Shown piece by piece: positions 1 through 8,082 of a stretch of DNA of 64,000 bases (its first letter is position 1; every line of letters begins with the position of its first letter). A program made the position numbers and the translations under genes. Origin of the DNA: a virus. Taxonomy: Duplodnaviria; Caudoviricetes. The stretch covers positions 8,410 to 72,409 of the IMG/VR virus record IMGVR_UViG_2767802758_000001; one strand, given 5' to 3'. The notes under the pieces are model-generated. The model saw nothing but the letters and a program-made list of their open reading frames with translations, was not told the DNA's origin and did not search any database.

Positions 1-98
1 CCATCATCATGCCCATGGGAGAGTTAGCGGGCACCTGGTCTGCCGGCGCAGCCAGTTCGCGCTGGGGTGCTTCGATTATTTCTGTGCTCATGGTGTCC

Positions 99-1166
99 TC
101 AATATTGGATTCGGATAGCCGGAATCAGGCCCTTGGCGATCAGAATGACGGCCTGCTTAGCGCATGCGTCGGGCAAGCCGTTCTTAATGAATGCAGCCAG
201 GGCGGCGTTGTTAATGCTGGCCTTATGCGCTTTGTCCTCTTCGCGGCGGCGCTGCTCGGCTTCTTCGGCTGCCTTTTCGTCGGCCTGGCGCTTGATTTCG
301 GCCTGGCGGGCAGCTTCGGCGGCATCTTTTGCGCGTTGCTCTGCGGCCAGCTTTTCAGCTTCGGCCCGGGCCTCGGCCTGTTTTTGACGTTCGATGGCTT
401 CGGCTCGTTCTTGCTCAGCACGGTCGGCGGCTGCTTTTGCATCAGCTTCACGCTTTGCGGCAGCATCACGTTCAGCTTGGGCTTTGGCTTCCGCATCGGC
501 TCGGGCCTTTTCAGCGGCTTGGCGGGCAATCTCCGCCTCACGGTCTTTCTGCTCCTGCTCGGCCTGCTTGCGTCGTAGCTCAGCCAGTTCTGCCTGCTCA
601 GCTTCGTACTTCTGGCGTTCAGTCAGGGCTGCATTCAGGATTTCCAGCGCCTTGGCTTTGACCCGGTGGGCCTCGGCTTCAAACTCTTCCCAGGCCTCGC
701 CAATCACCGCAGATTCAACTGTTGCGATGCGCTGGCGCAGGGATTCAACATCAAGCCCACCGACTTCTCGGGCTTGATCAGCCATACTGTCCAGGTCGGC
801 ACGGTGGAGTGCTACCCGGCTGGCCTCTGCTTCTTCCCAGTCCGTGAGCGGCTTGCGGACTTCATCAGCCAGTGCGTCCAGTTCGTCACGCATGCGCTTG
901 CGTTCAGCGTCGATCAGCTTGGGGATTTCCTTGAGTCTGTCCACCTGCTCTTTGCCTAAGCCATCCAGAGCGGCTTTGATCTTGCGCACCTTGAATGCGC
1001 GGCTGGCGATTTCCTTTCGGCCCTTGTCGGTCTTCAGGTTCGGCGCATGCCCGGTGACTTCTTGTCGGATGCGCTCGATATACGGGTCCAGACCGTTTGG
1101 TGTTTGGTAAGTTTGCAGCGCCGTTTCTGCTGGCGGCAGTTCCGTCAGTTCTAAGACTTCGGTCAT
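99..1166 (-). CDS. Conserved phage coiled-coil protein of the early left operon
   Basis: Long ORF with GGAG RBS; N-terminal motif KGRKEIASRAFKVRKIK...RDELDALADEVRKPLTDWE; Ala/Glu/Arg-rich heptads. Confidence 0.75.
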   Translation of the reverse strand: MTEVLELTELPPAETALQTYQTPNGLDPYIERIRQEVTGHAPNLKTDKGRKEIASRAFKVRKIKAALDGLGKEQVDRLKEIPKLIDAERKRMRDELDALADEVRKPLTDWEEAEASRVALHRADLDSMADQAREVGGLDVESLRQRIATVESAVIGEAWEEFEAEAHRVKAKALEILNAALTERQKYEAEQAELAELRRKQAEQEQKDREAEIARQAAEKARADAEAKAQAERDAAAKREADAKAAADRAEQERAEAIERQKQAEARAEAEKLAAEQRAKDAAEAARQAEIKRQADEKAAEEAEQRRREEDKAHKASINNAALAAFIKNGLPDACAKQAVILIAKGLIPAIRIQY

Positions 1167-1167
1167 G

Positions 1168-1353
1168 TCATGCTCCAATCGCTCGGGCCGCCAGAGTCGG
1201 GCCGAAAAAAAGCAGTCCGCAGACTGCTATGGCAATGATTAGGGTGAGGGGCCAGCCCCAGGGCGGGGTGCTGCTGTTTGGTGCGTAGCATCCCTGGCCA
1301 TCAAACGGGTTACGGCGGCGAGTGCGGGGGAAGCCGGGGTTTTGGTCGGTCAT
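1168..1353 (-). CDS. Small phage membrane protein
   Basis: One hydrophobic helix (LTLIIAIAVCGLLFF); ATGA overlap with the upstream gene. Confidence 0.5.
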   Translation of the reverse strand: MTDQNPGFPRTRRRNPFDGQGCYAPNSSTPPWGWPLTLIIAIAVCGLLFFGPTLAARAIGA

Positions 1354-1784
1354 GTTGGTTCTCCCGATAGGGCGGCGTCCAAATCATCACGGGCTGCTTT
1401 TCTTCGTCCGTTGAGCCTCCCGAAATCCTCGGGCATGGACTGGTACTCGTTGTTATCTGCGGCGTCTTGAGCTTGTAGGTAGTCTTTGACTGCTTCGCGC
1501 AACTGCTCAATCTCAGCCTCCTGGGCGTCGCGTTCGCCTAACAGAGTGCGGATCGTTTCAGGATCGCAAGCGGCTATATATTCCGAGTTGGCGTTATTCT
1601 GGTGGCGTTGGCTTTCCCAGCCCGCTGGCGTCTTTGGTTGCCCTTGCACAAAGGTGGTGCATATTCCGCGTCCGCCGTCAGCTTGTCGGACAGTTCGGCT
1701 CGTGCCGCTTTCAATGTCCGCCTCCCATGGGCCAGACGTTGCTGCAACGACAGTCGCACGTAATTTCGCGTAGTTGTAGCTCAT
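1350..1784 (-). CDS. Ead/Ea22-like family protein
   Basis: Motifs ATSGPW and NANSEYIAACDPETIRTLL followed by coiled coil; GGAGG RBS. Confidence 0.7.
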   Translation of the reverse strand: MSYNYAKLRATVVAATSGPWEADIESGTSRTVRQADGGRGICTTFVQGQPKTPAGWESQRHQNNANSEYIAACDPETIRTLLGERDAQEAEIEQLREAVKDYLQAQDAADNNEYQSMPEDFGRLNGRRKAARDDLDAALSGEPT

Positions 1785-1875
1785 GGCTGCCTCCAAATAC
1801 TGATAACTGTCTCGGCTGCCAGCGCGATAAAGAAAGCGGCGCAGCTGAAAAAGCCGGAGAAAATGAAATACTTGA

Positions 1876-2235
1876 TCAACACGGCAGCGCCTCCAGTTCT
1901 TGCGCGGTCATTGCGTCGTGGCTGGCGTCGGCCCAGCTCAGGATCAGAGCGTTGATGTGGGCGTTCAGGCCGTCCGTGTAAACCGGGTCATTGGTGAGCA
2001 TGGCTTTCAGGAAAGGGCCGATTGCGCCCGACTTCTCGAAAGCAACAAGCTGGTCGCTCATTACTTCCAACAGATCGGCGCGGCTTTTGATGTTTGGCAG
2101 GTCAGGGCGGCCCCAAGACATCAGCACCGCCTGGGACTTGCCGATCAGGCAATCCTTGATCTGTTGTGCAATAACTTCGCGGCGGCGCTCCGCCAGCTCG
2201 TGCGCGTCTATCTCACGCATAGCAAAAGCGTTCAT
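1876..2235 (-). CDS. Hypothetical phage protein
   Basis: ORF co-oriented in the early operon; GGAG upstream. Confidence 0.6.
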   Translation of the reverse strand: MNAFAMREIDAHELAERRREVIAQQIKDCLIGKSQAVLMSWGRPDLPNIKSRADLLEVMSDQLVAFEKSGAIGPFLKAMLTNDPVYTDGLNAHINALILSWADASHDAMTAQELEALPC

Positions 2236-2520
2236 GTTTAGCTCCGGGGATTGCGCCGCGTCCGGCGCTATTGAAAGGGGAGAGGGTTAGCTTGTGGCCA
2301 CCACCTTCACGTCCGGTGCGCACCGGAGCGGTATTGGTGGAGTTCCAGAGTTCTATGCCCTCTGATAGCAGCCCTTGATCGGATAAAGCACCGTTTCATC
2401 GGACTTCACACGTATGGAGGGATTAGGGTTTGCTGCCGTCGCTAACACGGCTGCCAAGGGCTGCTATCGGAGGGCCCCTGTTTAAGGGGCTGCCTGGACC
2501 TCGCTACTGCTTGCCACGAG

Positions 2521-2859
2521 TCATGCAGGCGTTGAAAACTGAATGCCCTCTGGCTTGGGAGGGTGATACAGAAACTTGATGCTGTGTCCATGCCCCACAC
2601 TTTGAGTGATTTCTTGGGGCGCATAAGCCGTTTCATCTTTTGGCTCTGCGATGCCAGCATTGACAAGTTCGCAATGCACAAGATCAAGTAACTTGTCACG
2701 TTCCCAGCACTCGATAACCAGCTTGTCGCTAAGTGCCGCCTTGCGATTTGCAGACGCTTCCTGCTTTCGTGCTAAGTGGTAGTTTTCGCTGGCTTTATCG
2801 GCTCGTCTCTGTGCTGCATGCAGCTTTTTGACGGCCTCCAGCAGCTTGTCGTATCTCAT
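2521..2859 (-). CDS. Hypothetical phage protein
   Basis: ATGA overlap with upstream gene; helical charged sequence. Confidence 0.6.
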   Translation of the reverse strand: MRYDKLLEAVKKLHAAQRRADKASENYHLARKQEASANRKAALSDKLVIECWERDKLLDLVHCELVNAGIAEPKDETAYAPQEITQSVGHGHSIKFLYHPPKPEGIQFSTPA

Positions 2860-3374
2860 TTCTTGAGACGCTCCTGTTTGTCATGCTTGCCCGGAAAATC
2901 TGCGGGCCAGCGCATTGGTTTGTCCTGTTTTTCAGGCGCTGCTGTGGCTTTAGCCAACGCCGCTTGGGCAATTTCCACCGTCTGATCTGGGTCTGTGTTT
3001 CCTGCAGCGATGGTTTCTAGCGCGTCAAACATGAGGGGGCTGGCTGCGATCAGTCGGGCGTTGGCCTCGTAGTTCGGATGATCCAGTCCGGCCTCTGCAA
3101 CTACTGCGTCCCAGCCCAGGTCCTCTACAAAAGTCGTTCCTAGTTGAGACTCAGCGAAGATTTGGTGTCCCCCGAAGATATCGCCATCTTCGCGGCATAT
3201 CACCCAAGGCCCCGGCGTATGTTTGTGTTCCATGTCTACCTCTTGCTCGGCCAGGGCCGCCCGCGCTTCGACAAGCTCTGCCCATGCGAAGTTATTGCCC
3301 GTGGCGTCGGCATGTATTTCGACAATTGATACAAGTTCGCGCAGAGCGTCTTGCAGGCACTTGTTTTTCTGCAT
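2856..3374 (-). CDS. Phage protein with HTPGPW...ANARLIAA motif
   Basis: Motif pair common in temperate-phage early genes. Confidence 0.7.
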   Translation of the reverse strand: MQKNKCLQDALRELVSIVEIHADATGNNFAWAELVEARAALAEQEVDMEHKHTPGPWVICREDGDIFGGHQIFAESQLGTTFVEDLGWDAVVAEAGLDHPNYEANARLIAASPLMFDALETIAAGNTDPDQTVEIAQAALAKATAAPEKQDKPMRWPADFPGKHDKQERLKK

Positions 3375-3398
3375 GTATTTCTCCTGTTCGTCCGGCTA

Positions 3399-3701
3399 TC
3401 ACCACGCCTGTCCGTGAATAATTCGGCCAATGCTGGCTGGTGTTCGCTGTATCTGGGGCGGCGGCTGGTCTGCATTCAAAATATTCAGACTTCGATCGAA
3501 CTTGATGGGTTTGCCTGTTCGAGACTCGTACATACTGATCCAGGCCTCGCCGTATAGTGCAAGCTGTTCGATTTTTGACTCGATCACCACCCCTGAGTAA
3601 TTTGCACCCCAAACAGGGCCATCTCGTCCCTCAAACCTGCTGTGCAGATACCATTCGCGTAGAAATTCTCTGACGCAATCCGCGCTGGGTAGGTCTGCCA
3701 T
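3399..3701 (-). CDS. Hypothetical phage protein
   Basis: GGAG RBS; tightly packed in the operon. Confidence 0.65.
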   Translation of the reverse strand: MADLPSADCVREFLREWYLHSRFEGRDGPVWGANYSGVVIESKIEQLALYGEAWISMYESRTGKPIKFDRSLNILNADQPPPQIQRTPASIGRIIHGQAW

Positions 3702-3710
3702 ATCTATCTC

Positions 3711-3896
3711 CTAGGCGGTTTCTGTTAGCTCGTGGGCGGCTTCCTCTGGGGTGCAGCCATCTACCCAAAGGCTATGTGCCAGACCGTCGTCCTCCTGATT
3801 GCCCGCGATCTTGGACAGCTTTGTGAGCCATTTGTCGTACTCGCGCTCTTGGCGGGAGGTTGCGCTTTCTTCACAAGCAAAATTAACCATGTTCAT
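3711..3896 (-). CDS. Small hypothetical phage protein
   Basis: GGAG RBS; directly downstream of acb2. Confidence 0.6.
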   Translation of the reverse strand: MNMVNFACEESATSRQEREYDKWLTKLSKIAGNQEDDGLAHSLWVDGCTPEEAAHELTETA

Positions 3897-3970
3897 GTCT
3901 ATCTCCTATTTATCCGTCAGTACCCTGAGTCAAGGCACTGGTGGATAAGGCCCGCCAAGGGGCCGGGTAG

Positions 3971-4195
3971 TTAAAAGGTGGTTGGTTGGGCGATACCGCG
4001 AATGGCCCACATGAAGCCCTGTTGCAGGTTGGTTTTGCCCAGGGCAACCGCACGTTGGTCCAGAGACCCATCAGCCTGCAGCTTGTCCATCCAGGCGCCG
4101 ACCTTCTCGGCCAGTTCCTTGCCTTCGTTCATTGCAGCAATCTCGGACTCCGACAAATCGCGGTAGCCCTTGATGTGCTTGTGTTGGTTATCCAT
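3971..4195 (-). CDS. acb2: Anti-CBASS protein Acb2 (cyclic oligonucleotide sponge)
   Basis: [28 protein letters not shown]...[24 protein letters not shown] closely matches the Acb2 signature ([15 protein letters not shown]...IGKTxxQxGxMxxIRAIAQP); GAGG RBS. Confidence 0.9.
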   Translation of the reverse strand: MDNQHKHIKGYRDLSESEIAAMNEGKELAEKVGAWMDKLQADGSLDQRAVALGKTNLQQGFMWAIRGIAQPTTF

Positions 4196-4427
4196 ATTTC
4201 CTCGCTTCAGTAAGCACCACCATTGATGCTTACCAAAGCGGCCTAATACTAGGCTGCTTTTACGCTGCGCTCCTGGCTACTCCCAGCTGAGCTGGCTCCA
4301 GGTAGCGCAACGTTCTAAATCCCCACGTCACGGGTTGTCCGTCTCACTCTTTATCAGGGGGTGTGGGGATGCGCCCTGGGCCTAGCCGTGCGTGTTCGCA
4401 CCATTGGCCTATTTATCGCTTTGCTCG

Positions 4428-4440
4428 TTGTTAAAGATCA
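4428..4440 (-). promoter_or_regulatory. boxA-like antitermination element
   Basis: TGATCTTTAACAA on the minus strand, about 80 nt downstream of the OL operators. Confidence 0.5.
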
Positions 4441-4515
4441 TCCTGCTTCACCTCCGTTACTAGGCTGCCCTGAGGGCTAGGCTGTTCTGCGGTTGGTTAA
4501 GCGTTGGAATGGAGT

Positions 4516-4574
4516 GTAAGAGCGCTAACAGATATTGTCAAGCATGCTAACGCATCTATAGTAAGAATGCTTAC
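4516..4574. promoter_or_regulatory. OL: three 14-bp repressor operators (PL region)
   Basis: GTAAGAGCGCTAAC, TCAAGCATGCTAAC, GTAAGAATGCTTAC at 22-23 bp spacing; same pseudo-palindrome as in the cI-cro gap. Confidence 0.75.
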
Positions 4575-4584
4575 GCTGAGATTG

Positions 4585-4608
4585 AAAAAAAAGCCCGCAT
4601 TAGCGAGC
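4585..4608 (-). terminator. Intrinsic terminator after the LexA-controlled gene
   Basis: GCTCGC-TAAT-GCGGGC followed by U8 on the minus strand. Confidence 0.7.
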
Positions 4609-4630
4609 AGGGAAGTGTGGAGCAAGGTGC

Positions 4631-4852
4631 TCAGTCGATCGGAGTGCCGCTCTCAATGCCAAGAATTACGTCAATTAATGTGCGGCGAAGGCTGGTCATG
4701 ATGCGAAGCTTTGCATCGTCTTGTAGTGCTGGTGATAGCCAGGCGGCCTCCGCAGCGTCAATGACAGCACAGCTTTCTTCGAGCCTTTCTGCTGCAGCCC
4801 GCAGTAAAGCTGAAAGGTCGGCCGGCGGCTTGGTGTTCTGGTTACTCGTCAT
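4631..4852 (-). CDS. Small helical protein, LexA-controlled; candidate antirepressor
   Basis: 73-aa ORF between an SOS box and a terminator; function inferred from context. Confidence 0.55.
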   Translation of the reverse strand: MTSNQNTKPPADLSALLRAAAERLEESCAVIDAAEAAWLSPALQDDAKLRIMTSLRRTLIDVILGIESGTPID

Positions 4853-4955
4853 ATCGCAATGCTCTTCTCTTACAAGTGGGCGTTTTAGATACGCGCTCTG
4901 ATTCGTGGGAGCTACGTGGAGCGCATCAATATGGCGGGGCAGGGAGATAGTTATA

Positions 4956-4971
4956 CTGTATATCTATACAG
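4956..4971. promoter_or_regulatory. LexA (SOS) box
   Basis: CTGTATATCTATACAG fits CTGT-N8-ACAG and overlaps a leftward TTGACC...TATACA promoter. Confidence 0.85.
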
Positions 4972-5032
4972 TATTTTGGGTCAAGGTAATGTGGCTAACT
5001 GTGAGGCCTAGATAGGCTGGGTGGGAGCCGGG

Positions 5033-5193
5033 AAAAGAAAAACCCGCCGAAGCGGGTTGTCCAGGTAACAAAAAAGCCCCGGGAGGGGCTTTGTCGTATT
5101 GGTGCAGGCCACCGAGAAAACTGCAGGCCGTGCGGATTCCTGCAGGTTGATCGGCTATAGGCCAGGCAAAGAAAAGCCGCCCTGGTGGCGGCT
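5033..5193 (-). terminator. Three tandem intrinsic terminators
   Basis: AACCCGC-CGAA-GCGGGTT, AAAGCCCC-GGGA-GGGGCTTT and AGCCGCC-CTGGT-GGCGGCT, each preceded by an A-tract on +. Confidence 0.7.
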
Positions 5194-5225
5194 GTTAGAG
5201 CAAGATCAGGTTGCTTCGAGGGGTT

Positions 5226-5744
5226 TTAGTCATCAGACCAACAACCCCGTCGGACTTGAGTTTCTATAAACAGTAGCTCCATCTGATCACACAATTTGGA
5301 TGCTTTGAGCCATGCATTCAAAACCATTGGATCGTTTGCGGAGACGGGTATGCCGCTTGATGAAGAGCGAGACTCAAACTTTGGGTGGCCAGTTAATGCA
5401 TCTGCAAGTTCTGAGAACTTCCCCGTAAGAGTACTGTATCTCGAGTCCATTTTCTGTAAAGCTTGGAGTCGAAACTCTAATTTATCCAGTTGCTGTTTTA
5501 TTGAGATTTCTGCAATAGTGGCGTCGTTATTTGCTGTGGTGTTATCAATGGACGTAAAGTAACAAACACCGTCTTCCAATAGTTTATCAACCTTATTTCT
5601 ATATTCATCAACTAGGGCTCGGAGTTCTTTTCTGGATTCTCGTCGGTCGTTATCTCGAGATAAAAAGAACCATCCAACGATAAGAACTAAAGGGCCGAGC
5701 GTAGGAGCAACTACCTGCTTATAGATCGCTAAATTTTCAAGCAT
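5226..5744 (-). CDS. Hypothetical protein with N-terminal TM helix (gene 3 of low-GC cassette)
   Basis: TM segment LGPLVLIVGWFFL followed by a helical domain; AT-rich. Confidence 0.75.
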   Translation of the reverse strand: MLENLAIYKQVVAPTLGPLVLIVGWFFLSRDNDRRESRKELRALVDEYRNKVDKLLEDGVCYFTSIDNTTANNDATIAEISIKQQLDKLEFRLQALQKMDSRYSTLTGKFSELADALTGHPKFESRSSSSGIPVSANDPMVLNAWLKASKLCDQMELLFIETQVRRGCWSDD

Positions 5745-5759
5745 AGAGGTTAGATAAAA

Positions 5760-6077
5760 TTAATTATCGCTATGGGCATTTTCAATATAGCCCCAAACTC
5801 GTTCAACGTACGATTTTTTCTTTCCAATTACCGTTAGATGCTTGCGGAGTTCATTTTGTTGAAGTCCTGCGCGAACCAGCCCTCCAAAAGCTTCCTCAAG
5901 GAAAGACGAACCGAGTCCGAGAGTGCCATCGAGCACGACTGATACCCCCCCACCCTGCTTAAGGGCGGGCAGTAAAATCTCTTCGCGAAAACGCTCTCCT
6001 GACCAGGGGCCGTCGGACCTGTAGCGCCCTGCCGCAAACGGGGAAAAATCTTTAGCTATATTAATCATTTTGCTCAT
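5760..6077 (-). CDS. STAS-like domain protein (DUF4325-type)
   Basis: Motifs GRYRSDGPWSGERFRE and LDGTLGLGSSFLEEAFGGL. Confidence 0.85.
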   Translation of the reverse strand: MSKMINIAKDFSPFAAGRYRSDGPWSGERFREEILLPALKQGGGVSVVLDGTLGLGSSFLEEAFGGLVRAGLQQNELRKHLTVIGKKKSYVERVWGYIENAHSDN

Positions 6078-7170
6078 CTTTCAGCTCTCGAGCGCCGATT
6101 GTTTGTGTATCGAATGACCACTGTACTAGCGTACCCATAATGGATTGGGCATGGTCAAGAACCACTTCGATGCCTGTTCTTCCATTGTACGTGTACATGC
6201 CGCGGTCACTGAAAATTCTTAGAACACCAGAGTTGGCTGATTTGACCAGGTCCAGCATCTCATCCAATCCCTTTCCTCTGTTTCCTTTACCGGTTCTCGT
6301 CGCGCCAAGCTCCAGTGCAGCTTTGATGTATTTTGCGTCAAGATCTGAGCTGGCTCCTAACCGACTCAATATCGCGTCGATTGCGCGCTCTGACCAAGTG
6401 CCGCGCAACGGTAGCGTTCTACGAATTCCGACGCCCAAGTCACAAACTGATAGGTATAGGATACCTTCATCGCTGCATTCAGCAAACACCCACCAGCCTT
6501 GATTATCGCATTTTATTCCATCAGGGCGAGGCTTGATGTAGGCATGATGAACTGCATTGGTGATTGCCTCTTGCATGGCGCTTAACAGGTCGTAGGTTAG
6601 CTCTTCGCCTAGGCGATCTGTTAAGCGAGTTTGAAGGGCCTGTAAGCCGGTAAGGTCAACATTAGTCCCCGCGTGGAAGGTCCACTCCCTAACGCGGCGA
6701 TGCGATATGGCCAAGCGAGGGCTTACTCCCAGCAGTTTCAACAGTCCTATATGCTGGAAGAGTTGTTCAACCACTGGATCGCTGGGCCGATTGGCCTGGA
6801 AGTGGCACTCAGGGAACGTCTCTAGCAGCCTGTGAAGCTCTGCAACAAACAGCAGGGTTCCACAAGGATTAAGCCGTCTAATAGGGCTGAGGTCAATCGA
6901 AACTCTTTTTACTATCTTTGCTGCGCGCCTGACTTCGTTGAGAAATTTCAGCAAACGGCGTCGCCATTTCGGCACAATTAGAGTAAAAACCTGAGGCGCA
7001 GGAAGACGTATGTTTTTAATCTGCCCGAGTTTAGGTGCGTGCTGAGGAGAGGCGGCCCCCAGGAACTTTCTTCGTTCTAAGAGCAGCTGCTTCCTGGCTC
7101 TCGATCTCCGAGTCCGTGAGCGTCGAAGTTGAGCAAGCCTTGTTCGCTTTAAGGGGGATGTGTATTTCAT
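6061..7170 (-). CDS. GHKL/HATPase_c protein with N-terminal STAS-like region (RsbW-like kinase/ATPase)
   Basis: N-box EAITNAVHH, G1 CDLGVGI, G2 NRGKGL, G3 GTLV; overlaps the STAS gene. Confidence 0.85.
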   Translation of the reverse strand: MKYTSPLKRTRLAQLRRSRTRRSRARKQLLLERRKFLGAASPQHAPKLGQIKNIRLPAPQVFTLIVPKWRRRLLKFLNEVRRAAKIVKRVSIDLSPIRRLNPCGTLLFVAELHRLLETFPECHFQANRPSDPVVEQLFQHIGLLKLLGVSPRLAISHRRVREWTFHAGTNVDLTGLQALQTRLTDRLGEELTYDLLSAMQEAITNAVHHAYIKPRPDGIKCDNQGWWVFAECSDEGILYLSVCDLGVGIRRTLPLRGTWSERAIDAILSRLGASSDLDAKYIKAALELGATRTGKGNRGKGLDEMLDLVKSANSGVLRIFSDRGMYTYNGRTGIEVVLDHAQSIMGTLVQWSFDTQTIGARELKDEQND

Positions 7171-7398
7171 TTTTATCCGTTTACAGGCAGGCTAACTTTG
7201 AGATGTGGCACTACATCAAATGACCTGCATGCCTTAGGCTCGTTGTAATTTGCTAAGTCGAGTAGAAATTTTTCCAATCTTTCGCCTAATTGTTGTTGTT
7301 TGACTGATAAAAAATAAGGAGCCAAACGGCTCCTTGTCTCTTCCTGCTCAGTCCTTCTTACGTACAGCCTCCCTGGGCTGGGTCACGTTACCTGTCAT

Positions 7399-7785
7399 TC
7401 ACTTGCTCTCGTCTTTCTTCACGTCCAGGCCGAGCTGGGCTGCTGACAGGAGGATGGCGGTTTCAAGCTGCATACGCTCTCTGTCCGGATCTAACGCGCA
7501 AACCTTTTGATTATCGATAGAAGAGAAGGGCCAAGACTCCGCTGATACGCGGTCCTTAGCTTTCTCCGGGCCAACCCCTTTGGCTATCCATAGCGCGCTG
7601 TAGCCCGTCTCCCGCTCAAGATTAAGGGCAACTTCCACATCGCCAATAGTGTGGATGATTTTGCTTCCTTTCCCAGCCCACTGAGAAACGGCGGAACGAC
7701 TCACCCCAGCCGCCTTGGCCATCTGGGTGTCATTCCAGGCCATTACAGCCTTCAATTTTTCGATTCTGTCTTTTAGTTCGCTCAT
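7399..7785 (-). CDS. cI: CI-like repressor, HTH without S24 peptidase domain
   Basis: HTH TQMAKAAGVSRSAVSQW; divergent from cro; only 128 aa. Confidence 0.85.
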   Translation of the reverse strand: MSELKDRIEKLKAVMAWNDTQMAKAAGVSRSAVSQWAGKGSKIIHTIGDVEVALNLERETGYSALWIAKGVGPEKAKDRVSAESWPFSSIDNQKVCALDPDRERMQLETAILLSAAQLGLDVKKDESK

Positions 7786-7787
7786 AT

Positions 7788-7851
7788 GTAAGCGCAATTA
7801 CACTCTATTTTAAGAAAAGCGTGCTTGCAATGATTGCGTAAGCACGCTAAC
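7788..7851. promoter_or_regulatory. OR: three 14-bp operators (PR/PRM region)
   Basis: GTAAGCGCAATTAC, AAAAGCGTGCTTGC, GTAAGCACGCTAAC between cI and cro. Confidence 0.75.
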
Positions 7852-7859
7852 ATTTGCGC

Positions 7860-8066
7860 ATGAAGAAACAACATGCCATCCAGCTACTAGGCGGCTCTGT
7901 GAGTTCCGCCGCTTCTGCTATCGGGATCATGCCTCAGGCAGTTACCCAATGGCCGGAAGACCTGCCTCCGCGAATCGCAGATCGAGTAATCGCGGCAGTT
8001 GCCCGACAGAACCCAAAGCATTGGCCTACTGCCTGGAAGGCGATAAAGGAGAGCGCAAATGTGTGA
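7860..8066 (+). CDS. cro: Cro/CI-family transcriptional regulator
   Basis: MKKQHAIQLLGGSVSSAASAIGIMPQAVTQWP, typical Cro-like HTH. Confidence 0.85.
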   Translation: MKKQHAIQLLGGSVSSAASAIGIMPQAVTQWPEDLPPRIADRVIAAVARQNPKHWPTAWKAIKESANV

Positions 8067-8082
8067 TCCAGAAAAGCGGGAG

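Noticed and set aside
9-578. Hydrophobic plus-strand ORF
   Set aside because: Mirror of the Ala/Glu/Lys-rich coiled-coil gene on the minus strand
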